DNA of 64,000 nucleotides from Macrostomum lignano (lineage: Eukaryota). The stretch lies in contig NIVC01000730.1 of NCBI GenBank assembly GCA_002269645.1, positions 1-64,000 on the forward strand, in the 5' to 3' direction. Shown piece after piece: positions 36,168 through 49,212 of this stretch. The notes under the pieces are model-generated. The model did not search any database. It was not told the DNA's origin and worked only from the letters and a program-made list of their open reading frames with translations. Each line of letters opens with the position of its first letter. Position 1 is the first letter of the stretch. The position numbers were made by a program, and so were the translations under genes.

Positions 36168-37190
36168 AATTACAGCTGCACGCCTCACTGCAAAAGATAT
36201 TGATTTTATACATTTATATGAGATGCATTGCATCTGACAAGTGTGTTTAGAAGACACCGATATATTACTATTAATAATTGCTAGATTTTTGCTACGGATA
36301 TGCCTACATATATTATTATGGGCATGCTTATTACCCATCCATATCTAGAGCTCTTGATTTTATGGATGGGAGAGGGGTAGAGTGGAGTTTGAAATTTCCA
36401 GAGATTGGGAACTCAAACAACAGAGATTTTCGATTTCACATGGGATTCTTTAAATTGCATAAGGGTTATGGGCAGCTTGGCACAATGCCTTTGATGAAAT
36501 TTTCTAACAACCAATGCTAAGAAACATGAAGTTTACAATAGCTTTGACATTCTAATTTTCAGGCATATGCGCACACTGGGCCTTGGGATTGGCCCTCATG
36601 AGTGTGAATTGCACAACAACCCTCCCAGCCTTTTTGAGAACAATCCTTAATGCATCCAACCATGCATCCAACTTAAAGGTTAGGTTTAACTACTCAACTA
36701 CTATTAGTTGATTTGCTCGCTATGAGCGATTACCATTTTGTTAGCTTATTTAAGTTTCTTAAATTTCTAAAATAGCTTGTGCTTAAAAGTTTATGTCAAT
36801 ATTATTAGTGAAAATTAACAATATAACTATCTACAAATTAAAGTTATATAACAAATCCTAGGCTTTAGTTATTTTTTTCTTTTGGTTTAGATAAGTTTCT
36901 TACTTTAAATTATGGATCTATTATTTTGAAAAGATTAAAATCAAATTATAAATTACTTCTTATATATCATATCTATGATACATACTCCTAAATATATTTT
37001 TGGGAAAACTCTCATATGCAACAAGGTCCCAGGCAGTCTAGTACTGCCTGCATAGTCATGCATAGTTGCAATGATATTTTGAAGTAAGTATCTTACAATA
37101 ATATTGCAATATATATGTTAACTTTATATATATATGTGCCATGTCAGACATTATTGATATTTCTATTCCATAAGATACTTTTGCTTCATA

Positions 37191-37478
37191 CATGTGCAAC
37201 AGTTGGCCGAGTCAGCCGATCTGGCTGACCGATTTGGCGGCCAACCAAGGAAGTCGCAAAAATGCCCACCCAAAAAAACACCAAGTAGTAGTACTAAGTA
37301 GCTGATGAGGCACTTTGGCTTTATAAGACAGTTATAGTTACTCCTGCTGTTTACCAAAAGTTGCGTTAATTTTGCTTTTGGGTTTTTTACATGTAAGTTG
37401 CATTTTTGGCCAAAAACTACATCGCATTTTTGGTAAAACTAAGTTGCACGGCCGACCAAATTTTGAAAGTTGCGCATA
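37191..37478 (+). mobile_element. MITE, CATGYGCAAC-TIR family, copy 1 (TA-flanked)
   Basis: Aligns along its full length with 61032-61319. Confidence 0.85.
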
Positions 37479-37777
37479 TAGGTTTTGCTTCATGCAGATG
37501 CAGCATGCTGACAAAGTAATTTTTATTTAAATTTTTGCATTGTTTGATTTAAAGTTCATTTCTAATTTTAGATTTCTTGACTTTTGTATTGATTAATTTA
37601 TATTGCACTGATTATAGTTGCAGCAATAGCATTAGCATTGATTGATTTCAATATTATTTAGGAATTTTAAAGGTGAGATAGAGTCAAAAAAATTTTCATT
37701 GTCATGTCAGCATCAGAAAGATCATTAGACTCTGAATAAAGCAACTTGGGCAAGGGCAGAAGATAGTTGCAGCCATA

Positions 37778-40291
37778 TATGTGCAACCTTGGGAATCACT
37801 TGGCTGTTTCTATTGGCAACATGCACATTAAGTTGCTATTGGCTGAGAGCAGTCATGTGACTACTATTCTGTCCAATAGTAACTTACATGTGTGTTGCCA
37901 ATAGAAATGGCCAGGTGAATCCCTAGGTTGCGCCCAAGCATGGCTGCAGCAACAATGTCAATAAGAAGCAACAACAATAACAAAGTCAACATCAAAGCTT
38001 GGCTGATCAAATGGAAAGAGACTATCAACAATAAACTTTTTGCTTTATTACTAACCTCACCACTAGTCACAACCACTATATTATATTTATCTTTAGAGTT
38101 TGTTTATATATTATAAAAACAGTTGCTTTTATACATATTTTCCTAATTTGTTATATTATATACATTGTTTTGTTTAATTCAACATTTAAATTTTTTGGTC
38201 TTTAGGCTCTTATTATAGTCCAAAATGTCTATTTTCTTTAGACATACTATAAATATTATAAGTATGTCCATCAGAATCAGATCACTAAAAGTTAGTTTGT
38301 TGGCCTAACAAATAGTTAAAGTTTTTTAAGGCTAAATGTTTAGCTTTATAATTTTATAGGTACTATAGCCACTATTAGTCTTATCACAAAGCCTCTTCCT
38401 TACTGAAGTTATTGAACTTACTAAAATGAAACAGTGAAACCTATTTAATAATTAAGATTAATAGAATTTGACTTTACATTGAAATTATAATCAGATATTT
38501 ATAAAATGATTTACTCCTTGTCCAATTTCTCCTTTAATCTCAACAATTCTTCCATTCATAGCATTCTCAGTCTTGATGGCTAAGGCCAAGGCGAATCAGC
38601 CTAGGCAGGCCAACCAAGGTTGCATTCAAAAGGGGAAAGGCAATGATTGCCAATCTACTAAGGAGTCATAATATCAGATCCATATTACTGTCTAAATTGT
38701 CTAGAAGCTAGGAAACTTACACACAAATGTAATATAGTTTGAGGCAACAAATCAACCCTTAAGCATCATCAAGATACATGGCATAAAATGACAAAGCCTC
38801 CCAAGTTTGCTCAATAAAAGCACCCTTATATATAGGGCCTTCTGCAGGTGAGAAACTTTTGACTTCATACAGGGAACTTGACACTTAAATTTGCATATTA
38901 CAACTATAATAGTATTATTAGAGTGTGTGTAGTTTAGTCTGTGTAGTTTTTCTTATTTTTATCATTTAACCTTAGAGAAACAACAACTATATGAGACCAT
39001 TTTGGAAGTATGCAAACATAGCCTATGCCACTAGCCTATCAATTGATACAGCCCAAGCTTCTAGCCTATCAACAAGAACAGCTAGTACACTTGTAATGGA
39101 ATAGCTAGTGCCTGGCTTAAGTACTAGCAACATCATGCAACTTTTTTATGCTGTGAGTCATCAAGCAACAGCTGGACAATCCGATAGGCACATTCTACAT
39201 ATCAGGCAGCAAATCAGTCAACATTGCTGCTAGTCAATCATAGTCGCAAGTCAATGTCAAGAACAAGAAATGTGGCCAAGTTGCTAATCTACAAGCATTC
39301 TGAATCATGCAAGATAGACAATTTTATTTATTGTGTCATGTTTTACACTTGCTTAACAGCTTTATCCATTTAATGTCAATTGCTTTATTGCATATTCAAT
39401 TATAGCATACATGAAGAAAGGCACCTGCATTAGCAATGGCATAGCAAAGTACATTCTTGCTATTGTCATAAATGAAACTACTATTATGAAGCTCTTTGTA
39501 GCCAAGGATATTCTGGCCATGAAGGAGTTCACTGTTATCTAAGGTTTGACTCTTTATACAGATAGCAATAAGCTATTAATACCTAGAGCTATTTTCTAGT
39601 CTCTTGTATAGACAATAAACAATCTTTTTTATATATGACAAATAGGCTCCTAAATACTTTAATGCCCAAAATCCCTTTAACCTTCCAAAAACCCTGTCCT
39701 AACATTGCTGCTTAATCTCTCAGCTTACTAAAAAGTGACTTAATTAGACTTCTAAATATTGATCCCATTCAACTGTTTTGGCAAGCGCCTAGAAAAAGTA
39801 TATGCATATAATTTGCAAGGTTATATAGTCTAGAAATGGCTAGGATAACTGGCTATCAGCACTAGTTAATGGCACTATTGTTGCCATGGTAGTCATGAAA
39901 AGGCCTGCATCTTGAGGTAAAAAAACAGTCTGGCAGTCATATGATGATATAGCTAAACAAGGCTATGATCAATATATCAGTGTATAATGATCCAAAGTTT
40001 TATAGAGCCACTTGCCAAGAAAAATATTGGCTTCTCAGCTTTATAATCTATTGGGATAGCAGTAGTAGGTCAAATATGTTTGAAATATTTATTGTCTACT
40101 TTCATTCCTAAGTGTATCCAAAGCATGCTTGGGTGCAACCTCGGGATTCACTTGGCCGTTTCTATTGGCAACACACACATGTAAGTTGCTATTGGACGGA
40201 ATAGTAGTCGCGTGACTGCTCTCAGCCAATAGCGACTTACATTTATGTGTTGCCAATAGAAATGGTTGAATGAATCCCAAGGTTGCACATG
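37778..40291. mobile_element. 2.5-kb element with ~165-bp terminal inverted repeats, each itself palindromic
   Basis: Arm 37778-37942 is the reverse complement of arm 40124-40291. Outer ends are TA|TATGTGCAACC and GGTTGCACATG|TA. The interior is AT-rich with no intact ORF. Confidence 0.7.
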
Positions 40292-40978
40292 TATGATCCA
40301 AAGCAGAACTCTGTCTCCTATACCTATAGTCAAGAAAGTGGCCTATGCCATAGAAAATTCTAGTGCACAAAAGGGGTCCTTGGTATACTTGGTGCACAAA
40401 AGTGGAGCACACAGGTCCCAAATATGTGATGCACAATTATGGTATATACTTATAGTCACTAAAATATTTGGCACATATTAACATGACTTGGTCACTATGC
40501 TTTATGATTCACTGTATCTACACTTATGCAGTGTATTTGCAATAGAAGTTTGCAATTGGATACTGTACAGTAAAACAAACTGTTCTAAATAATTCTTTTT
40601 AGAAAAATAAAATACCATTTAAAACAAAAAATTCCTTTTCTGTTTCTTTTTTAAATGACTCAGAGCAATTTTTAGTTACTATAATTTATTCAAAATATTT
40701 TATATTCATTTTCATTTACTTACAAGTTACAATATTTATTATTGTATAGAATATAGAAATTAGCATATAGATAGTATACAAATAGCATAAAATGACCAGT
40801 GCAGAAATGGCATACAAATTTTTTCCTAAAGTTATTCCAGTGCACACTGTGCTACTTTCCTGACTATGGTCCTATAGCAATACCTTGTCATTCTAAAAAG
40901 CCATGGTAAAATCATTCTATACCATGATACATTTTTAGCAGATGCATAGAGGACAAAAATGACACCCTCCAAAACATA

Positions 40979-41233
40979 CATGCGCAACCCCCCTGATTTA
41001 CACTGGCCATGTGACTTACTTTTTGACCAAAAATGCAACTTACCTGTAAAAGAAACCCTAATGATTTTTGTGTAAACGGCAGGAGTAAATATGACTATCT
41101 TATAAGGGCTAAATGCCTCGTCATCTAATTAGTACTATATCTATTCTTTAGGCTAGGCATTTTTGCAACTTACCCCTGGTCCACCACAATTTATGGTGGC
41201 CAGATCGGCCAGGTTGGCCAGCAGTTGCGCATG
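40979..41233 (-). mobile_element. MITE, CATGYGCAAC-TIR family, copy 2 (inverted, more diverged)
   Basis: TA|CATGCGCAAC...GTTGCGCATG|TA; the interior is a reverse-complement match to copies 1 and 3. Confidence 0.8.
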
Positions 41234-42670
41234 TATGCTCCAAAAGGCACAAAAAGCTGCAATGAATATTGCCACCTGTTAGGAATAGACTGCAAGGGTA
41301 TCTTTAAAAAGGATGTCTATAAATACTTTAAAGATATAGCAAGTAGCAATAGCATGAATGCCCATTATAAAAATCAAAATATTCAAGCTATTAGGCCTAC
41401 CTACAACTTTAATAAGGTAATTAATAGGCCTAACTAGTCAGTGTCCATTCATATTGCCCATTTATTGACTGCTCAAAAAGATAAAAATTGACTAAGAGGA
41501 CCTGCCCCATAGTCAAGATCATGGCACATTTGCACTAGAACAAATCCTCTTTAAAAAATTTGATTATGCCATGTACTTGAATAAATCCTATGAAAAAAAT
41601 TTCTTGTGCCATGCACCAAAATTATTATTATCAAAAAAGTTTGTTTGTGCAGTGTGGTATGCAACTTTTTAAAAAATGCAAAATTGGTAATTTTCCATTT
41701 AAAAAAATACTAGGCCTAGTAAAACTTGTATCGGAAATGTTTTATAAAAATGCAATGTTAATGTGAAATTTTGTAAATTAGGCTCTAATTTTTTAATTTT
41801 AAAATGCCATCAATACATGGGCAAGCAAAAATTGCTAATAAAAGTAAATTACATGCTAATATTCTGTCAGAGAAAATACTGTCTAGTCTTATCAAGGTAA
41901 TATTTTTTTGGATTTGGCAAGACAAATTTTATATGCAATAGCCAAGCCAAATATATCCTATTTTTTAGTTTTAAAGCTTAGAAATTAGCTTTAATAGCTT
42001 TAAGAAAAAATCTTTTATAACCAAATAAATAAAACTTTTGCAATGCAGCAATGCCAATATAAAAGTCTGCTTAGTGACCTTTTAGAAATGGAACAACTTT
42101 CTTTTATACTTTACTGTACTAAATGACTATAGCATGTCCTAATTTTTATAGGCCTTATTGAGCATTATTCAGCATATAAAATTTGTTTCCTGACTGAGGT
42201 AACAAAGCTAGGGCCTAACCTGCTAAAAAAGCCATACAAAGTTGATTAGGCTAAAGACAAAGAATTGAAAAAAAAATTTAAGTCGCCCCAACGCTTAGGA
42301 CTAGGCCCTAACAATAACATGTGTGGTACTTTTTTACAAAGACTAGCAACTACTATCGCTCCGTTAAGCTTCGGATGCGTAGATGATTCATTGGAATGGA
42401 TAGAAGATTTTGTGGGCCATGGTGGCTCGTGGGGGTTAGGCAGGGTCTCAGATGACGTGCACTCGAGACGCAAATTTAAATTTAAATCGGGCGCCCTGCG
42501 CCAGTGAATTTCCAGGAACGGGTCACCTTGTTAAAACAAACCCTGTACCTGTACCATCTGCGAAAGACCCGATGTAGAGATTTCCAAGTTGAGAAAAGTA
42601 ACTAAACCGAGAGCTAGGTGATACATATAGATGCATTTTTACATTAGCTACAGTAGTAGTCCCTACCATG

Positions 42671-43243
42671 CCCGATGAAAACGGTACTCAGCCTCCCAGG
42701 CCAAGAAGCGTTCCGGAGTCACTTGCGTCGCCCCAGAGTCGTTTCAGACGCGTTGCAGATGACATAGGTTAAATAGGAAAGAAGTGATTCTAAACGCCTC
42801 TAAAAGCGACGAGATGTCACGGTACAAGTCGCCAAAAAGTCGTCAAAGAGTTGCCCCAGAATCACTTTGAAGCGTTTTATTTGCCTGCGCTACTCTGAAA
42901 AGATTCCTGGCGCGACGCAAGTGATTTTGGCGCGACTCTAGTGACTCTAGGGCGACAGTATAACGATTCTGGAGCCGTAAAGTCGTATTTGAGGCGTTCC
43001 AGAGTCGCATTGGAGTCGCTGAGTTGCGTTTGAAGTGCATTTGCGTCGCTTAATGAATTAGGGGCTCGTAGAGTCACTTTTCCGGCGTTTCAGCGGCGTT
43101 CTGCAGTCGCTAAAAAGTAGCAGAAGAAGCGACTTTAGCGTCACTGTAGAATCGTTACTGCGTCACTTCCGAGGCACTCTAGACGCGTTACGGAGTCTTT
43201 AACGGCCTTATTAAAAAAAGACTGCTGGATCGTCATTTCTGGG
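42671..43243. mobile_element. Longer member of the CCCGATGAAAACG family with dense GAGTCGC/GCGACT motifs in both orientations
   Basis: 17-bp identity CCCGATGAAAACGGTAC with 33468. The right end is only a weak match (CGTCATTTCTGGG). Confidence 0.5.
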
Positions 43244-44369
43244 GGGCGAATAGAAAATTCATGCTTATCGTCTGAGAAGTGATGCACTAACAATTTTACT
43301 TACAATGACAACTAAAGCGCTTCTTTTGCGACTTTTAGGCGACTTGTATGTGCCCATTACTCTAGCTGCTGCGTTCAGTGGCTTGCCAGTACGAGCTATG
43401 TACGCGGGGGTGGAGAAATGGGGTTTAAACTGTACATTGTACAAAAGTTACGAGCAATTTTATATTTTTATTTCGTTAAAAAAATAAGTGCAAAGAGTAC
43501 GAGAGCGCAAAGGCCGCGCGGCAGCAAAAATCGACAGACCTCCCTCCTCAGGAGTCAGTTTGCCCTCCCTTTGATGCTTTGCTGCGGTGTCGCCGCCGAT
43601 CTTGCTCGCCAAACGAAGCGCTTTGCTTGCAGCTCTTTGTCTGTCCATCCTCATGATTTAACCGTGACATCTCGTTGTTAATTTAGAGTCGTTTAGAATC
43701 ATTTCTTTCCTATTTGACCTAGGCTTGGCGACATGATAGTTTGAAAGAAACTCTAATCCATTAATTCCTAGCACTCCTCCATTACTTACATGTAGTAGCA
43801 CTGCTGCAAGAACTAACAGGTCTACGAGATTATCTGCGAGTATATTTACCAGACTAACAATTGCTTCTGGACACAAGTATATTAGTCTTTCTCAATTGTT
43901 GCAAGTTAATGCCTTGATTGCGTAAAAGTCTACTAAAGCCGTGAGAAAGGCTACATCAGTTTTTTCTCTCCAGGGCCTACGCTACTCGTAAATATGGAAG
44001 CTTATTTTCGTGACAATAAGCGCGGTGGTACTGGTTTGAGCAGGATTGTGCTGCTGCTGCAATCAGCGTACATGTACTCATTTGAAGCAAAAAACCAGTT
44101 CCAATTAGACCGTCAAGACTCAAGACGTCGTGTACTTAATTCTAGCCAAGGCGGAAGTATTTTTATTGATAAGAGTTTGGGAAAAATAGCTCCTGGTGGT
44201 CCTACATGGTACGTGACAAAAGCTGAAAACTCCGTAATACCAGCCAGCATAAAAATGTAGCGACCTTTAGCCAATAAACAATTCGAATTCGAAACAACGG
44301 AAGGTAGCTAAGAATAGTTATCGTTAACAAGTTTTAAGTCGCATTGAGTCTCAAAAACTGGCTTTCAAG

Positions 44370-45916
44370 GCAAAATTAGCCTCGATTTTGCTGCTATGTA
44401 GCCTCATTGGCTGCGTTGCTAGCTGTAAGTGCATCTTTGATTTCCTGTCGTTACATGCATCTACTCAGCAACATTGAAAAGTCGCCATCACAGAAGATTC
44501 CGTCTGTGGTCGTCACTTTTGAGAGTGCAGGTAAAGTGTATCAATCTTTGCGAGTGACGCAACTTAGCTACGGTGGGAGCTATGGTAGGAGCGGTGTGCG
44601 AGGGTTGGACGGATCAAAGCTACCCCGATCAGAATTTTCTCGTATCTTTTATTCAGAATAGTCCAAGAGAAATTGCTCACTGGCGCATAGAGTGGCGACT
44701 TTTCAATTTTGCTGAGTTATACTTTCAGTTGCGTTTCGACGTTAAAGTGATTTTAATCATAGCATGGCTTCACAAGCTTTCTTGTTTACGGTGTAGATTG
44801 CCCTCAGGGCAGCGAGTGGATCGAGTACAATGGCAACTGCTACTATTGGTCAAGGACTATCGTCGAGAATTGGTTCCGAGCCGAGCTCACCTGCCAGAAA
44901 TCGGGAGGTCACCTGGTTTCCATTGGCAGCCTGAGTGACAGAAACTTCCTGCTACGGCTCACGCAGTGCAGGGTTGCCTTCTGGATCGGACTGGTGAACA
45001 CTGTTCACTCGCTGAAGGCTCAGCACAGAGGCTACGAGTGGTGGGACCATCGGCAGCACAACTACACCGCCTTGAATCCGAGATCGAACAGCTACTACGA
45101 TTGCGTCTTCTCAGACCATGTTGGAAAGTGGTATAACTACTTTTGTCAGACCAGCTATACATTCGTGTGCATGGCTCCTGCTTCCCGTCCGAGCTCACAA
45201 GTAGAGGAAACTCACATCCAAACACCCGCGTCACTCGCCAGCCAACCGGATGTCGAGTACGAACAAGCTGACTACTCTCTACTGAGCAACTCAACTCAGG
45301 CAGTTGTCACAACTCCCAGACCAACTTTAGCCCCGATTAGGGTAATAAAAATATGAAACCAATTCAAGTTAATTACAAATTAAACGAACTTGTTATATTG
45401 TCCAATTCCAAACAGTGTCCATCGGGCTGGCAGCTCCTTGACAACAGCTGCTACTACGTGACGTTTAACAAGACAAACTACTTCAACGCTCAAATGTCGT
45501 GCCAGGCGATGGGAGCCACCGTGACGAGCATCCTGACGCCGAGGGAGCACACTCTGCTGACGGTGGCCATCGGCTGCAATGCGCCTACTTGGATCGGTCT
45601 GGAGAAAGCGAGACCGTGCTTCTGGCAGCCCAGTAAGCCATCAAAGTCAATCAACCGCAGCCTCATGCATTTTACGACATATCGTCACGTTTTCGCACTT
45701 TCAGACAGAGACCACTGCTGGGTGTGGATGGACCGGAGTCCCGCTGTTCACTTCGACTGGGCCTCCGGTCAGACTGTTGACAGGCGGGATGCCGAGTGCG
45801 TGATTCTCGACGGTCAGTGGAAGGTCGTGAACTGCTACGCTCAGTACGGATACATCTGCAAGAGACACTCGTACGACCTGGCCAAGGATGTCAGCGAGGA
45901 GAACAGCAAACAGTGA
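44370..45916 (+). CDS. Multi-domain C-type lectin (at least two intact CTLDs, S/T-rich linker)
   Basis: Exons 44797-45341, 45416-45632 and 45705-45916. CPQGSEW...CYYW...AELTCQKSGGHLVSI...FWIGL; CPSGW...SCYY...AQMSCQAMGA...WIGL...C...W...C...YICK. The 5' end (44370-44700) has a hydrophobic leader and a degenerate CTLD-like part and is unresolved. Confidence 0.82.
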
Positions 45917-46714
45917 ATCCTATTGGTTTTCGTGGAGGTGGACGTGAAATTGTTGACAAACTTAAAATGAAACCTGAACTGAAAATATTCATAAAGGGCA
46001 TCATCGGCAAGTTGAAAGTACACTTAGCTATGCAAGCATAAACCTCTAGTGTCGTGGCTAATTAAGAGTTAAGACAATCTTGAGCATATTATCTAATGTT
46101 TTATTGTAATTATGTTTCAGATTTTTCTTCTAAAGTATTGATGCATTCATTAGAATTTATGCTGCAGCTTACATGCTGCAGAAGCCTCATATTTACATGC
46201 AAATGTTAGTGTATACCGGAAGTTAGAGTTTATCTTCAGATTGCAAGCACTCCCCAAGTGTAATATTACTCGTATTCCGGAAGTCAAAGTTGGTCCTCAC
46301 CAAAAGTAATTCTATAGCTCCTACGTTTATTGTAGCGAAATGCAGATATACGAGGTAAATACCTAACTACATGTACTATAGTAGATCACCCTCAGACTGC
46401 CCCCATTGGATACAGCATATGATTGGCGGTTTGATTCCACGAGAGAGCATAAGCTTGCACCTGTATAGGAGCTAGAAATGGTGAAGATACATTTGAACAG
46501 CGCTTCTACCTGTTAGGCTCACGGTTAAGCTTCACATTGTGCATCTGCATTGAAGGTTTCATCCTTATTGCATTGTAAGTAATACATCTGGTTATTTATT
46601 AAACCAGAACGTATCCATGACTTTGACGAAAACGTGTATTATACTACGCAAAATTTCTGCATAGACCGAACTTCAAACCCTAATTTTAAGAAACATTTTT
46701 ATTCAACCTGGAAA

Positions 46715-47664
46715 ATGTTCTCATTAAGAATTGTTCTTCAAATCGTCATCTGCTCTATCGTGTCTGTCGCGGTTCAAGGATTCATAGGTGGCATTGTAGA
46801 AGAAGTCCTGGAAACTTTTTCTAGCCAGACGTCATCTCATCATCAGCCCACGGAGCCGCGGCTGCATCAGCCAATCAGCAACCTGTCGCAATATTCGACG
46901 AGATCAAAGGTGTCGATTGCGTTAACAAAAGATTCATTGCAACCGTTCAGCAAGTTCCAACGGCTGCAGCAGGCCAACCTCGTTGCGACCCTCGACAGTG
47001 CAGTCTGGCCTGCGCACCTCGACCTGACTGCGTCGCATTTCCTTCAATCGACACCCGGCCTGGCCGGCCACCCTGCAGATGCCGACTGTTCATCCTACCA
47101 CCTCGCGGACAGCGCGCCTGCTCCGCCGACCATTCTGGACCACCGATTCAAGTTCAAGATGAAGAGTACTGCAACCAATTGAAGACCATCTACGTACGCC
47201 GTTTGCCAGGCGTGTCACCCGGTAAGCTCTGTCCATCCAGCTACTATGGCTCTGCCGGCTACCGAGGACCGTACGGGACTGCTTACAGAGCTGTCACTGG
47301 CAATCTTAACTGGAAAAGCGCCTTACAAAAATGCTCCGCTAATGGCGGCCTTAGTGTCGGTCTAGCTGAGGCTCCAACTGCCGAGCATCTGAAGGTGTTG
47401 CTTAAGATAGCGGCTGAAAAATCTGAAAAGACCTTTTTCATCGGAGGCAGGCAGCTGTTTTATACAAAGTATGAGTGGCGTTGGCACAGCTGCAACAACT
47501 CGGTGGCAAATGGGCTTTGGGAGACGCGACAGCCGGATGGTGCCGGCTACCCCAGTGGAAACGGATGTCTCAGTGTCGATAGCTCCTTTTCCGGAGGACT
47601 CGATGACTACGGCTGTACAAATGCCATTGGCTACATTTGCGAGTGTCTGTCGATTTTTGATTAA
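46715..47664 (+). CDS. Secreted PAN/Apple-like + C-type lectin protein
   Basis: Signal peptide MFSLRIVLQIVICSIVSVAVQG at ATG 46715. A second frame is open from 46825 to 47664, with CSLACAPRPDCVAF...CRLF followed by a CTLD (WKSALQKC, FFIGG, WETRQPD, C...DDYGC...YICE). One frame discontinuity lies near 46790-46860. Confidence 0.72.
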
Positions 47665-49212
47665 CAAAACTATACAATAACTCGTTACCATAGTTACCTT
47701 AGTTACCTTTAGCATTCAAAAAAAAGCAGAGCAACAAAACAGGCTTAAACAATTTTTTTTCTTTGTCCATGATATTTAGATGACTGTCTGAGCTACCAAA
47801 TCTTCTTTTAAGAAACTGAACTTTCTGAACACCTCAAACGACGGCAGATATGTAACACTACTTAAAATTGTTGTCTGTCTGTCCAAACAAAGCTGAATGC
47901 TATAAAGGCTTCGAAGCAAAATAATGCACTATCTTTCCTGGAATTTTAATGCCAGTCAAAAAAAACTTTTATCGATTGCATACGTTTTATCACAATGGTA
48001 TCGCAACAAATACTGCTAAAGGAATACTGCTTCAGAAATCTGGCCTTTTACGTTCTAACTTGCTTTGACAGTAACTAAAGCTTTTAGGGCAACTGCATAA
48101 AAAACTGGGGGCTTTTAAAATGAGTTGGTGAAATTTTGCACTTCCCCTATTAGCTCACGTGGAGATTTATGTTTGTATCAACACAAGCAACACATGCATG
48201 CCATGTAGGGGGTGACACACCTTGGGAGAAAGAATAAGAATCCTAATATCCATTCACCTGTGACGTCGAAAGTAAAATGGATCCCAGAGTTCGTCAGTCA
48301 GTCAGGTCTCCCTGAGAGTCAAAACCAGCAAGAAAAGTCAAGCCGTCAGTCGCCGTCAAGAGGCCTCGATCCATGGGGCGAGCGGAGCAGCCCAGACGGT
48401 AAACCGGACATGCCGGACGATTTGAAAGTCAACGGGCCGGCTGTACACCCCGTGTGAGCGTGTGTGCAGCTGAGTACAGTATTGCGAACATACAGTATGT
48501 GTTCAGGATTCAAGCGGAATGGCCGCAGAACTGGTTGTGAGAAGATTACGGCGAAATTGTTGCACCAGCGAGCTCACTGTGGCGGTACCTACGGTGTAGC
48601 TTGTATATATATCCAAATCAAAATAATTTAAGTTGCACACTTGTACATCTGCAATACATTTATAATTTAGTAAAAAGCAAAAATCTAGCTAAAATGTTTA
48701 TGTTTAAGATATTCGTAGCATCAAGAATAGAAAAAAAAATCTTGGATAATCTGAAGAATACCAAACCACATCAGCCAATACATTTGGAATGCATAAATTA
48801 AACACAATTGGCGCCGTGAATACACTGGGATCTTCAAAATACACGCATCTACTGGTTAAGAATAACTATAAATTTTGTTACATAAATTTTTAGATACAAT
48901 TTCGTATTAAATATGAATATGAAGAATTTAAAAAAATAAATTAAAACAAAATAAAAATGTTAAAATAATAAAATACTGGCTACAGCGGATAAAAAGTTTC
49001 ACAAAAATGGTAAAAATACAAGCGATAAATAATATTTGTTTTACTTTTGAATAACTAGTTCTATATCAGACGCAAAAAGATGATATTTAGTGCCGAAAAA
49101 AATAGTTTTTTATATTTTTTGTTTTTCTAGGCTAGTAGTCAATTTTGAATTTGTGCCTTGCGAGAAATAAGTCGATTATTGTTTAAAATTCAAAAGTGCG
49201 CGTCTCAGTCAG

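Noticed and set aside
43400-44300. Short ORFs of 64-88 aa
   Set aside because: No domain motifs, consistent splice phases or start context.
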